Positions 29,416-38,645 are shown, counted from the stretch's first letter. The stretch: DNA of 64,000 bases from an uncultured Candidatus Saccharibacteria bacterium (GCA_964561085.1 CAZLNP010000004.1:15580-79579), one strand, 5' to 3'. The notes: generated by a model from the letters alone, not told the origin. Numbers and translations: made by a program.

Positions 29416-30494
29416 TACTTACTCATAAATTTATTTATGTACGAAGTTAGTTTTCGTTGAAATTCCTGCTTACTAAACTTCAGTGAGTGGGACTTTAGAT
29501 TTTCTTTACTATATTTATTTTCATCCCAAACATTTAAAGCAGTAATTAAATTTTCAACATCTACTTTTTCTAAGAGCTCACCAGTTTGACCTGGTATAAC
29601 TGTTTCTAAAGAACCACCCTTAGCTAATCCTAAGGTTGCTGTGCCACAACTCGCAGCCTCTAATGGCATCAAACCAAAGTCTTCTAGTTGAGGATAAATA
29701 AAACCTCTAGCGCCACTGTATTGATGTCTCAAAGATTCATCGTCTACTTTACCTAAGAAAATAATGTTTGAGCCTGCGATAGAGCGCAAATATTTTTCAT
29801 AACGACCAGTACCAATTACGTGCAGCGGCCAACCTAGTTTATTAAAAGCTAAAATAACTTTATCGTAATCTTTGTATGGGGTTAATCGACCAGCAATTAA
29901 AAAGTAATCTCCCTTTTCTCTAGTTGGAGACCAGAACTCAACATCGATGAACGGATGCAAAATTTCGCTATCGCGGTTGTAATACTTCTTCAATCTCGAT
30001 TGCACTTCTAAGCCGTTCACTAAAAAGTGATCTACTTTTTGAGCAGCATTGTAGTCCCACTTTTTTAACCACCACAAGTAAAGCTTTGCAATAGGTCTAA
30101 GCAAAGGAGTAACTTCGTGTAGAGCATATTCATAGTCTGTCCAAATGAATCTAGTCGGTGTGTGGCAATAATCAACATGAACCATGCCTTTAGTTTTTCG
30201 CAATCCTTTTAAGTATGCAGAACTTGAACTCAACAACAAATCAGCTTTCTCTAATTTCCAAAATGGCAGAATGAACGGAATGAGCCCGAATAAATGCTGC
30301 ATATTGCCATACACGTTGTAAATTTTTTGAAGTGGACTTGTGATTACATTCCAATCACTTATATGCCACTTCATTCTTTTATCGACAACTAAAGTGTAAA
30401 CCGGAGCATCTGGATACAAATCTTTCATACCTTCAAGAACGCGTTCGGCGCCGCCATATTGCGTGTATGAATCGTGAGCGAGAATAACTTTCAT
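29415..30494 (-). CDS. Glycosyltransferase family 4
   Basis: C-terminal EDFGLMPLEAASCGTATL GT4 motif. Start and stop overlap neighbours, suggesting an operon. Confidence 0.75.
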   Translation of the reverse strand: MKVILAHDSYTQYGGAERVLEGMKDLYPDAPVYTLVVDKRMKWHISDWNVITSPLQKIYNVYGNMQHLFGLIPFILPFWKLEKADLLLSSSSAYLKGLRKTKGMVHVDYCHTPTRFIWTDYEYALHEVTPLLRPIAKLYLWWLKKWDYNAAQKVDHFLVNGLEVQSRLKKYYNRDSEILHPFIDVEFWSPTREKGDYFLIAGRLTPYKDYDKVILAFNKLGWPLHVIGTGRYEKYLRSIAGSNIIFLGKVDDESLRHQYSGARGFIYPQLEDFGLMPLEAASCGTATLGLAKGGSLETVIPGQTGELLEKVDVENLITALNVWDENKYSKENLKSHSLKFSKQEFQRKLTSYINKFMSK

Positions 30495-30510
30495 AAATTA
30501 GTGAGATGCT

Positions 30511-31947
30511 TTAATAGTTATCTTTTGGTTTGCGAGTGAATAGCAACATATAGAATGACTTGATAATTATCTTTATGTCCCAAATCAAACTCCAATTTTC
30601 AATATAGTAAGTGTCTAGTCGGATTTCTTCCTCGAAAGGTAGATTCGGCCTAGAAAGCTGAGCAATCTGAGTTAGTCCAAAAATCCCTGGCTTGATACTA
30701 AACACACGACCATAGTGCTGTCTGTATTTTTCAACTTGCTCCGGCATATGAGGTCTTGGACCAATCATACTCATATCGCCAATTAGTACGTTCCAGAACT
30801 GTGGAATTTCATCTAACTTACTCTTACGCAAAAACTTTCCTATTGGGGTAATTCGAGGGTCATCTTTAATTTTCCACAAAGGCCCACTGCGATCATCATC
30901 TTTCACTTGCTCTAGAAGATCATGCAAAACTTTTTGCGCCTGCTCATCACCATAGCCCTTACCGGTACTCAAATGAGTATACATAGAACGGAACTTATAG
31001 AATTCAAACTCCCTTTTGTAACCGCTGCGAGTATGTTTGTAGATTCCCGGACCAGGACTAGTGACTCGAACTGCAATGTAAATAATTAAAGAGATTGGAG
31101 CTGTAATAATGAGACAAACTAAACTAGCGACTATATCCAATAGGCGCTTAATGACTTTCCCCCATCCTTCAAGAGGAGTATTTTTTAATTTGATGATTGG
31201 TATGCCTTTGAAGTTATCTAACTCAATTACATTGCGCTGGACTTCGAACAGGTTTGGAACGAAACTAAATTGCAAACCATGGCGGCGTACAAACTCTAAC
31301 AAGTTTAAATTTTGAGCGCTGGTTGCATGAGGGTTGGCCTGCATTATCTCATCTATGCCAGTGGTTTTTAGAAGTTCTTCTAACTTACTAATTACTTGAT
31401 CGTTGTTGTCTAATTCGCCTACTACTTTGTAGCCGTGAGATTTATTCGATAGAAACTGTTCAATTACACTGGCTTCACTACCACTTCCATCAACGACAAT
31501 TAATCTGTGAAGTCCATAACCACGTCGGAACATCGCTTCTTGAATTCTTTTTAAAACTATTCTTCCAAAAAGGATGAAAAGAATTCCCAACGCCCAAGCA
31601 GTTAATATAATGAAACGAGACGGGAAAATTGATTGATCAAAAAAGAAAAGTACTACTGCAAAAAGCATTCCTAAGGATGTGCCGACAAAAATTCTATTGA
31701 ACTCATGAATGAAACGTCTTGTTCCTCGAAGCTTGTAAAGACCAAGTAGTGCAAACACTAGCAGCAAGATAGGAATTACCTTAACCAAAACCAGCAAAAA
31801 GTCTTGGAGTTCTAAGGTGTACATAACCTTCCCAATATAATCCTCTGAGTATAAACGCAAGTAAAACGAAACTATGCCGGCGGCGGCCAGCATAAGAATA
31901 TCTACAGGGATGGAAATTAAATTAAAGAGTAGTTCTGTGCGCTTCAT
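30511..31947 (-). CDS. Polyprenyl-phosphate glycosyl-1-phosphate transferase (WbaP/CpsE-like initiating sugar transferase)
   Basis: N-terminal TM helices and a central CoA-binding-like domain. The C-terminal bacterial sugar transferase domain carries KRLLDIVASLVCLII...PGPGIYKHTRSGYKREFEFYKFRSM. Confidence 0.8.
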   Translation of the reverse strand: MKRTELLFNLISIPVDILMLAAAGIVSFYLRLYSEDYIGKVMYTLELQDFLLVLVKVIPILLLVFALLGLYKLRGTRRFIHEFNRIFVGTSLGMLFAVVLFFFDQSIFPSRFIILTAWALGILFILFGRIVLKRIQEAMFRRGYGLHRLIVVDGSGSEASVIEQFLSNKSHGYKVVGELDNNDQVISKLEELLKTTGIDEIMQANPHATSAQNLNLLEFVRRHGLQFSFVPNLFEVQRNVIELDNFKGIPIIKLKNTPLEGWGKVIKRLLDIVASLVCLIITAPISLIIYIAVRVTSPGPGIYKHTRSGYKREFEFYKFRSMYTHLSTGKGYGDEQAQKVLHDLLEQVKDDDRSGPLWKIKDDPRITPIGKFLRKSKLDEIPQFWNVLIGDMSMIGPRPHMPEQVEKYRQHYGRVFSIKPGIFGLTQIAQLSRPNLPFEEEIRLDTYYIENWSLIWDIKIIIKSFYMLLFTRKPKDNY

Positions 31948-32048
31948 GAATAACTGTTATATTTGCCATTATACCACTTTTAGACCTATTTTCCTAATGA
32001 CTTTCTAGCTTACAACACCCTTCAAATTATGTTAAAATACAGTAAATT

Positions 32049-33092
32049 ATGATGGAACCTAAATACAACACAGCCATTCTTTTCGGCGGAAATGGATTTA
32101 TTGGCAGCAACTTCGCCGCCTATTTACTAGATAACAACATTGCAAAAAAAGTTATTATTAGTGACCTCGGTACAATTACACCAGACCTTTGGCCAAAGAG
32201 TCTACAAAGACGCTTCGCAGCTGGTGAAATTGATTACGTAAAGATTGACGTACGCAAGCCTTTTCATGCTCAAGAAGAGTCGAATAAGCTACCAACACAA
32301 GTAGATTTAATTGTAAATTTAGCAGCAGTCCACAAAGAGCCCGGCCACGTGGCGGAAGAATATTTTAAAACAAACTTACCTGGCGCAGAGAATGTTTGCG
32401 ATTGGGCTAGCATTGTAGATTGTAAGAGCATCTTGTTCACAAGCTCCATCGCAACGTATGGTGGTGCTGAAAACACTAAAGATGAAGACTCATTAACAAT
32501 GCCAAACACTCCGTATGGGGTTTCAAAATTAACTGCTGAGAAAATTCATATTGCTTGGCAACAAGCTAAGCCAGGTCGCAAACTTTTAATTACGCGCCCA
32601 GGAGTTATTTTTGGTGCTAACGAACGTGGTAATGTAACTAGGATGGTTAAAGCGGTGCTGGGACATTATTTCTTTTTCACAGGGAATCAAAATGTTCGCA
32701 AAGCTGGCGGCTACGTAAAAGAGCTTTGTCGGGCAATGGCTTTTATGCTGAAGTGGCAAGATGAGCACAACGAAGGCCTAACCTTGTTTAACTTTACTAT
32801 GGACCCTGCGCCAAGCGTTGGAGAATACGCTGAAGGAATAAAAAAGATTGCTGGAGTTAAAAGAGCAACACCGAACGTCCCATTTAGAATTTTACTTTTA
32901 GGGTCCTACTTCGTTCACTTCTTAAACAAGATGCTCGGCAGAAAGCAGTCCATTAGTCCGGTCACTGTAAGAAAAGTCCTGAAATATAACAACATCAGTC
33001 CGAAGATTTTAAAGAATCTTGATTATAAGTATGAATATACTTTAGAAAGCGGCCTAGCTGATTGGTACAAAGAGCGTCCTCAGGACTGGTAA
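32049..33092 (+). CDS. NAD-dependent epimerase/dehydratase (SDR, extended)
   Basis: N-terminal GGNGFIGSNF Rossmann motif and a YxxxK region (TPYGVSKL). Divergent from the sugar-transferase operon. Confidence 0.8.
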   Translation: MMEPKYNTAILFGGNGFIGSNFAAYLLDNNIAKKVIISDLGTITPDLWPKSLQRRFAAGEIDYVKIDVRKPFHAQEESNKLPTQVDLIVNLAAVHKEPGHVAEEYFKTNLPGAENVCDWASIVDCKSILFTSSIATYGGAENTKDEDSLTMPNTPYGVSKLTAEKIHIAWQQAKPGRKLLITRPGVIFGANERGNVTRMVKAVLGHYFFFTGNQNVRKAGGYVKELCRAMAFMLKWQDEHNEGLTLFNFTMDPAPSVGEYAEGIKKIAGVKRATPNVPFRILLLGSYFVHFLNKMLGRKQSISPVTVRKVLKYNNISPKILKNLDYKYEYTLESGLADWYKERPQDW

Positions 33093-33114
33093 AGGGCTTA
33101 TTTTAGCGTATTTA

Positions 33115-33143
33115 TTGACAATACGCCCAAAATGTGGTAATCT
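33115..33143 (+). promoter_or_regulatory. Promoter for rnpB: TTGACA, 17-nt spacer, TAATCT
   Basis: Direct read of hexamers and spacing. The -10 is weaker than consensus. Confidence 0.45.
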
Positions 33144-33147
33144 TTTG

Positions 33148-33497
33148 AGGTTCCAAGCAAATCGAATGATCGCCCTAAGCGCGCGAAAGCTGCTGCTGGG
33201 GAGGAAAGTCCGAACACTTAGTTGATAGCCTCTATAGAGTTATTAACAATGGTAGCGGGTAACACCCGTCGAAGGTAACTTCAGAGATGCGAACAGAGAC
33301 GCGTTAATCAGAAATGATTGCGCACCCCACTAAGTTGGTTGGGTGAATCGATATGGAAACATATCGGGTGAAACGGCTAAATTCTTACTTGAGTGCAATG
33401 CCAAATTAGGTAGGCAGCAACGAGGTCGTTGGCAACAACGATCCCAGATAGATGATCATTTAGAAACAGAATTCGGCTTACGAGTTTGCTTGGGACA
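33148..33497 (+). ncRNA. rnpB: RNase P RNA, bacterial type A
   Basis: Conserved P4 5' strand GGAGGAAAGTCCGAAC, J11/12-like GGGTGAAACGG, and the 3' conserved ACAGAATTCGGCTTA. An 11-bp P1 pairs ttccaagcaaa (33151-33161) with tttgcttggga (33485-33495). Confidence 0.8.
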
Positions 33498-33502
33498 AAA
33501 CA

Positions 33503-33548
33503 AAAACACACAATTTGTTTTTTAAATAGTGTGTTTTTGTTTTGATTC
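33503..33548 (+). terminator. Intrinsic terminator after rnpB (caaaaacacac...gtgtgtttttg, then a T-run)
   Basis: Inverted repeat followed by ttttgtttt. Confidence 0.5.
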
Positions 33549-33574
33549 GAAGTACAGATTTTAGGAGGTGATAT

Positions 33575-33802
33575 ATGTCGAGTGAAAATTTGGATGTTAA
33601 AGTGTATTCAAAAATATTAAGTGCTGGCGCTGGGCTGGGTGGGATTGAATTCGTTTTTAACAACTGGGTTCAATCAGCGTCAAGAAAGTTAAACGAGTTC
33701 AATGAATTCGAAGTAATTAGCGCTAGTCACGCTATATTAGAAGGTCAAACTACAATCTTTGTGGTCTATAAAACAAGCTCGCCGGGACCACATCGCGTTT
33801 AG
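33575..33802 (+). CDS. Small protein, possibly dodecin-like (75 aa)
   Basis: Strong AGGAGG Shine-Dalgarno 6 nt upstream of the ATG. The pattern V.VY.KI....G......W..A.........EFEVI.....LEGQ...F.V.YKT resembles dodecin-family beta-alpha-beta-beta proteins. This is a weak similarity call. Confidence 0.35.
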   Translation: MSSENLDVKVYSKILSAGAGLGGIEFVFNNWVQSASRKLNEFNEFEVISASHAILEGQTTIFVVYKTSSPGPHRV

Positions 33803-33808
33803 TCGATG

Positions 33809-34504
33809 CTACTTCCCCAATCTTCTCTCACGGCGCTCGTAATCAACGAGTGCCTTTTTTAATTCTGGCTTCTTAAAATCTGGCCAAAGAATATCTGTAA
33901 AATAAAATTGACTGTTAGCTATTTGCCACATCATAAACCCTGCTGACCAATGCGGTTCTCCTCCTGTGCGAATAACTAAGTCTACATCTGGTAAATCTGC
34001 AGTCCACAAAGATGATCTAAGGCTCTTACTATTTACGCTATCGCCTTTCTTCACCAAAGAGTTGGCAGCTGCAATCATTTCACGCTGTCCATCGTAGCCA
34101 AATAAAATAGTTAAAGTATTCTTTTTGAAATGCTTGGTTTTATTTTGCAAATCTAAAACTGCTTCTACAACTTTTTTGTCTTTAACAAAGTCTGTCCACT
34201 CACCTAAAACTTTAAATTGCGCCTCATTTTGCAAACACTTATTTAATACATTCGGCTTAGCGATCTCATCTGACATAATCTTAAACAAATAGTTTACCTC
34301 AATGGCAGTTCTCTTTTTTAAGTTTGAATATGATCCACCCCAAAAAGTAACGTTTGGAATTCCTAGATCAAGACACGCAAGTGCTGTTTCCCAAAAACGT
34401 TTAGTCCCTTCTATATGTCCTTCCCACGGATTTAAAAGCCGGGATTCCGCCCAGCGTCTATTTCCATCAGGAATAATTGCAATGTGATTTGGTAAACTCA
34501 TCAA
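33809..34504 (-). CDS. uppS: Undecaprenyl diphosphate synthase (isoprenyl transferase)
   Basis: N-terminal HIAIIPDGNRRWA motif and a C-terminal RTGGE-like region (IRTGGEPHWS). Confidence 0.85.
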   Translation of the reverse strand: MMSLPNHIAIIPDGNRRWAESRLLNPWEGHIEGTKRFWETALACLDLGIPNVTFWGGSYSNLKKRTAIEVNYLFKIMSDEIAKPNVLNKCLQNEAQFKVLGEWTDFVKDKKVVEAVLDLQNKTKHFKKNTLTILFGYDGQREMIAAANSLVKKGDSVNSKSLRSSLWTADLPDVDLVIRTGGEPHWSAGFMMWQIANSQFYFTDILWPDFKKPELKKALVDYERRERRLGK

Positions 34505-34515
34505 ATAGTAAATAA

Positions 34516-35004
34516 TTAAGCTGTAGGATTTATTGGTTCATCAAAAGTTGGGCCATAAACAGATGGGACTTTACCATCCAATAAACGAATATACACAGTA
34601 AGTTGTCCACGGTGATGAATCATATCTCGTATAAGTCCGAGGATAACATCGGCTCGAGTACCATCCATGCCCCACAAAGAATACGGTTGCAGAAAATCTT
34701 CTTCGTGAGTTGATTCTAGAGTCGCCATAAACGCATCTTTCTTTTCATCATAAATTTTAACTGCTTCTGCCACAGTACTAAAATCTGGTACATCAGCCAT
34801 TGGATTAGTGACTTGGTCGCCTTTTAAAATTGTAGTGAACATTCCATGCTCAGCTATCATGTTTTTCAAAAGAGCCTCTACTGAGTTCGACTTAATCTCA
34901 TTCGGCTTATAGTCCATATGACCTTCCGGAACATTAGCAATGACTTTGGAGGTAGTGCTTAACTCCATGGTCAATAAAAAGATCAGGTCTTGTTTGGTAA
35001 TCAT
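34516..35004 (-). CDS. DinB/YfiT-like (DinB_2) metal-dependent hydrolase superfamily protein
   Basis: Four-helix DinB pattern with a conserved His triad including MIHHRGQL. Length is 162 aa. Confidence 0.65.
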   Translation of the reverse strand: MITKQDLIFLLTMELSTTSKVIANVPEGHMDYKPNEIKSNSVEALLKNMIAEHGMFTTILKGDQVTNPMADVPDFSTVAEAVKIYDEKKDAFMATLESTHEEDFLQPYSLWGMDGTRADVILGLIRDMIHHRGQLTVYIRLLDGKVPSVYGPTFDEPINPTA

Positions 35005-35068
35005 ATATTTATACGTTAATGGTCATTTAAAGGTAACAAATTTGGGCAATTCACACAATAAAAAAAGA

Positions 35069-35096
35069 ATACCCGTAAGGGTATTCTATCAGTTTT
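35069..35096 (-). terminator. Intrinsic terminator downstream of the surface-protein gene (gaataccc-ttac-gggtattc, then TTTTTTT on the minus strand)
   Basis: Direct read of a perfect 8-bp stem followed by a T-run, on the minus strand. Confidence 0.65.
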
Positions 35097-35876
35097 TTAG
35101 TTAAAGAGTAATTTTCGTTTTCTGACTATCAGGAATCCAGCGGTAAGTAATCCAGCAAATCCATATGGAGCCATTTTATCTACACCTGTGGTCGGGGCTA
35201 AATAGTAAGTTTCAGCACCACCGGAGATTTGAGGTTTAGACGCAGAGTCTGTGGTTGATGAGAATGAAGCTAAAGCTATATTACTAGAACTGCTAGATGA
35301 TGTGCCATACCAATCCCCGAACGAGTTGTTCGAACTTGTAGAATTACTAGCCTGATCAGAATTACTCACACCACTCCATGTTCCAAAGATATCTGAAGAG
35401 TTCGAAGATTGAGTTCCTATGTAGTCAGAGTTATTAACACCAGTCCAATCACCAAAAGGATTGTTTTGTAATGAAGTCTCATTAGAATTATTTACCCCCG
35501 TCCAAGATCCAAAAGTGCTGCTTGCAGAACTAGAAGAATTGCTTGGATTAGAGTTATCAACTCCAGTCCAACCTGCGAAAGGATTAGATGTTGAAGTAGA
35601 TCCTGTAGTAGTTAGATTATTAACGCCGGTCCATCCGCTGAATGGATTATTTGGGTTTGTAGTATTTGTAGTACTAGCAGAGTTATTTACTCCAGTCCAA
35701 CCTTCAAATGGGTTGCTGGAATTTGTTGAACTTAAATTATTTACGCCAGTCCAACCGTAAAAAGGGTCGCTAGAGCTAGAATAACTAGCATTTACTGATG
35801 ATGGCAAAGCAAAAACACCCATAATTATAAGGGTTGTTAGTGATGCGCCAATTTGTTTAAATAATTTTGAGCTCAT
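35097..35876 (-). CDS. Secreted cell-surface repeat protein with a C-terminal LAXTG-type sorting signal
   Basis: Signal peptide, then about nine tandem ~17-20-aa repeats with a core NPF[xG]WTGVNN in Ser/Thr/Asn-rich linkers. The C-terminus has LAPTTG, a hydrophobic stretch and RKRK, a sortase cell-wall sorting signal of the LAXTG (class E sortase) type. Confidence 0.7.
   Translation of the reverse strand: MSSKLFKQIGASLTTLIIMGVFALPSSVNASYSSSSDPFYGWTGVNNLSSTNSSNPFEGWTGVNNSASTTNTTNPNNPFSGWTGVNNLTTTGSTSTSNPFAGWTGVDNSNPSNSSSSASSTFGSWTGVNNSNETSLQNNPFGDWTGVNNSDYIGTQSSNSSDIFGTWSGVSNSDQASNSTSSNNSFGDWYGTSSSSSSNIALASFSSTTDSASKPQISGGAETYYLAPTTGVDKMAPYGFAGLLTAGFLIVRKRKLLFN
35301..35765 (-). repeat. Tandem coding repeats (~51-60 nt unit) encoding the NPFxGWTGVNN motif
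   Basis: Visible periodicity in the translated product. The antisense 99-aa ORF at 35461-35760 is a by-product of this repetition. Confidence 0.7.
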
Positions 35877-35898
35877 TGATGTACGTTATTGATTCGTT

Positions 35899-35927
35899 AT
35901 AATAGCACTTTTTTGCCATTTTGTCAA
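35899..35927 (-). promoter_or_regulatory. Promoter for the surface-protein gene: TTGACA, 17-nt spacer, TATTAT on the minus strand
   Basis: Direct read of the reverse complement of 35899-35927. Confidence 0.5.
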
Positions 35928-35992
35928 TACTCAGCCAATTTAAAAGGCCGCTCATCTAATATACGTGGAGAGCGGCCTTGGTTAGCGCTATA

Positions 35993-36256
35993 TTAAGCCG
36001 AGCGACCGTTTCCACGGAAGGCTTTGACTATTACGGTTAGAATCACCGCTCCTAGAATAGCGACCAATAGGCTGTATAGGTTAAAGCCTGAAACTCCGCC
36101 TTGGCCTAGCGCATTCATGATGAAGCCACCAATAATTGCACCAATAATTCCGACGACAATGTTCCCGATCCAACCTTGAGACATGTTAGTGCCCATGATC
36201 ATTGAAGTGATCCATCCGGCTAATGCACCGAATATTATCCAAATTATAATACCCAT
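35993..36256 (-). CDS. GlsB/YeaQ/YmgE family small membrane protein
   Basis: Family pattern MGIIIWIIFGALAGWI...GIIGAIIGGF. Length is 87 aa. Confidence 0.7.
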   Translation of the reverse strand: MGIIIWIIFGALAGWITSMIMGTNMSQGWIGNIVVGIIGAIIGGFIMNALGQGGVSGFNLYSLLVAILGAVILTVIVKAFRGNGRSA

Positions 36257-36331
36257 AACTTTTTCCTTATGTATTGTGAGCCAAAATTTAATGCTCGCAA
36301 TAGTTTAATTATTGATTAATTTCTAATTCAA

Positions 36332-36685
36332 TTAATCTTGTTGGTCAAGTTTAGCAGCAGCTTCTGGAGTAGATACTGCTTTACTCATTACAAATAGTTT
36401 GATAATTGCTAGTGCTATTAAGAAATAAACTAACATCGCTAGCAAAGTTGTCCACTCTAATACGCTACCTTCTACTCTTGGCAATTTGAATACACTTAAG
36501 AATGGTGCTGCAAATGGATATGTTACCCCATAAATGAAGCTTGTAAACCCTGCAGTCGGGTTAGCTGCCAACAACTTCAGAATAAATCTGAAAGCTAACA
36601 ACGCTTCTAATATGCCTACTACGTACCAAACAATTTGAGTACCACGGTACAGTGGCTTTGTGCGAGATGATACAGATGAATCCAT
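36332..36685 (-). CDS. YggT family membrane protein
   Basis: YggT signature with two TM segments (FRFIL.LL.ANP...F...IY..T.P...PF). Confidence 0.6.
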   Translation of the reverse strand: MDSSVSSRTKPLYRGTQIVWYVVGILEALLAFRFILKLLAANPTAGFTSFIYGVTYPFAAPFLSVFKLPRVEGSVLEWTTLLAMLVYFLIALAIIKLFVMSKAVSTPEAAAKLDQQD

Positions 36686-36794
36686 AAGACTTTTCTTTAT
36701 TTAATTATTTCACTTATAACTTTATTAGAGAGAAATGAAGAAGTTATGATGTAAATGAAACCAATAAAAAACACACAACTAAATGTGTGAATTT

Positions 36795-37175
36795 TTATAC
36801 AGCTTTAGGCACTCGGGGAACTTTAAGTTTGAAAATTGCGTGCTCTGCTATTTCTAATAGTTCTTTCAAATGAGCTATCTTAGCAAGGAAGAAATTACGA
36901 TTTTCATCTTCCAAGCGATCCCCTGTTTTTAAGACTTTAACTTTGTCTGTGAAGTCTGCTAATTCCTTTTTAAAATCAACAAAACCAAGTTTGCCATTTA
37001 CTAAGCTTAATAGCATGGTGACAATATCATCTTCGATGATTTGAAACTCTTCACGAAGTGCTTTCATTTCTTCATTCGCCAGCTTTTCTGGAAATTCTTC
37101 AGTATGATACTTTCGCAATTCTACGAAAATTTTCTCTTTGTCAATTGCGCTCATATCTATGCGTTTTTTAACCAA
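36795..37175 (-). CDS. Hypothetical helical protein (126 aa)
   Basis: Clean ORF followed by an intrinsic terminator at about 36745-36785 on the minus strand (cacaca...tgtgtg, then a T-run). Confidence 0.4.
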   Translation of the reverse strand: MVKKRIDMSAIDKEKIFVELRKYHTEEFPEKLANEEMKALREEFQIIEDDIVTMLLSLVNGKLGFVDFKKELADFTDKVKVLKTGDRLEDENRNFFLAKIAHLKELLEIAEHAIFKLKVPRVPKAV

Positions 37176-37235
37176 TAATACGTTAAGTATACTCCTTTTA
37201 TCGTAAAAAAGATAGGGTTAAAATTTGGCCTTGTT

Positions 37236-37778
37236 TTATAAACGCTGAGCTATAGTTGTATCGTCGAACTGCTCTAAGATCTTCCAAGTTTTACCATCTT
37301 CAAGCTCGGCAAAAAATTGATCACTTGTTTTACTCTTTAAATGATTATTCGCCAAGAAAAGTATTCCATCTTTTTTAAGCAGTCGCTTGTACTGAGGAAG
37401 AAATTCATAGTGAATCTGATATCCGTCAAAAAAGATAAAATCATACTGGATTTTAATCATTGGTAAAACTGTTTCGGCGAAGTCATTAATTACCGAGATT
37501 CTTTCCGCAACTTTTTTATCTTTAAAATACTTTTTAGCAGTTTGTGCATGCTTTAAATCTTTCTCCATTGTTTCGATGCGAGCGTTTGGATTTGCAAGCG
37601 CCATCAAAACCGCTGTATATCCAATGCCAGTACCTATTTCCAAGATTTTCTTAGGCTTACGCTCGGAAACATATTCAACAAGCTTTTCACCATATTTGTA
37701 TGGATGAGCGCTGCACTGATGGTCAACAATATGCTTCTCAGCTGATTTATATAATTTTTCTATGTCTAATTCTTCCAT
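37236..37778 (-). CDS. Class I SAM-dependent O-methyltransferase (family 3 / YrrM-like)
   Basis: Motif I ILEIGTGIGYTAVLMA with a downstream acidic residue (ETMEKD). Length is 180 aa. Confidence 0.65.
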   Translation of the reverse strand: MEELDIEKLYKSAEKHIVDHQCSAHPYKYGEKLVEYVSERKPKKILEIGTGIGYTAVLMALANPNARIETMEKDLKHAQTAKKYFKDKKVAERISVINDFAETVLPMIKIQYDFIFFDGYQIHYEFLPQYKRLLKKDGILFLANNHLKSKTSDQFFAELEDGKTWKILEQFDDTTIAQRL

Positions 37779-37779
37779 A

Positions 37780-38046
37780 CTAATTTGCCTGACTAAGGCT
37801 TAAGTTATATTTAAAGGTCTCCCCTTTTTGGAAATGTAGTTTAATAATTGATGAATTCTCAGGATAAAACTCATAACCAATTTTCCTAAATGGTCGCACG
37901 TAACTTTGGATGTACTCATCAGGAGTCACCATTACTACTATATCCAATGAATTTTCAGTTTCTTCCAACAGTTGAATTTCTACAATTTCTTCTGGTTCTA
38001 AGACTGTGCGTATTAGAAGTTCTTCGTGTTCAAATTTTTCTGACAT
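37780..38046 (-). CDS. Hypothetical acidic small protein (88 aa)
   Basis: ORF tightly packed between the HAD hydrolase and O-MT genes, overlapping both by 1 nt. Confidence 0.35.
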   Translation of the reverse strand: MSEKFEHEELLIRTVLEPEEIVEIQLLEETENSLDIVVMVTPDEYIQSYVRPFRKIGYEFYPENSSIIKLHFQKGETFKYNLSLSQAN

Positions 38047-38645
38047 TATTCTAATACTCCTAAAGAAATTAGCTCTTTTCTTAATTGATCATAGCTAGTG
38101 AATAATATAGGATGATAGCCAATTTCGCCAGCCAATCTTAAACTGCTAGGTGCGTCATCAATATAAGCTGATTCTTCAAAAGATGCGCCGAGACTGTCGA
38201 ATAAGACTTTAAATGCTTCCAACTCTGGTTTTTGATAGCCAATTTCTGCCGAAACAAAGAAAGAATCGAAATGATCTGCAAGGCCAACTTTCCTTAAAGC
38301 TTCACCATTGTAAGATGTATTGTTTGTTAACAATCCGACCCGAATTCCTTTGTCACGCAATTCATGGACAAGGTTTAGCACATCATCGTTTAAAACGATT
38401 GCATCATTAACGGCTAATAACTTATTCACGGTGTCTGAGAATTCTCCCCTGCCTAACTCGTCCAATACCATCTTCCACACTTCTTGATATGATCGCCCTC
38501 CCACATTTGCTAATCGATTATACTTTAAATAGACAGTACGAATTTCATCGACTGGTAAATTTATGGCAGCTGAAATATCTGGCATCACACTCTTGTGAAT
38601 TCCAACAACTCCTCCATAATCGAAACCTACTGCTTTTATATTCAT
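38046..38645 (-). CDS. HAD-superfamily hydrolase (subfamily IA)
   Basis: DxG motif I (VGFDYGGVV), a motif II Thr (LLTNNT) and a motif IV DD (YIDDAP). Confidence 0.7.
   Translation of the reverse strand: MNIKAVGFDYGGVVGIHKSVMPDISAAINLPVDEIRTVYLKYNRLANVGGRSYQEVWKMVLDELGRGEFSDTVNKLLAVNDAIVLNDDVLNLVHELRDKGIRVGLLTNNTSYNGEALRKVGLADHFDSFFVSAEIGYQKPELEAFKVLFDSLGASFEESAYIDDAPSSLRLAGEIGYHPILFTSYDQLRKELISLGVLE

Noticed and set aside
33343-33525. 60-aa ORF
   Set aside because: It falls inside the RNase P RNA, overlapping the conserved GGGTGAAACGG and ACAGAA...CGGCTTA regions.
35461-35760. 99-aa antisense ORF with its own repeats
   Set aside because: It mirrors the tandem repeats of the surface-protein gene. 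Its open frame is a consequence of the low-complexity repetition.
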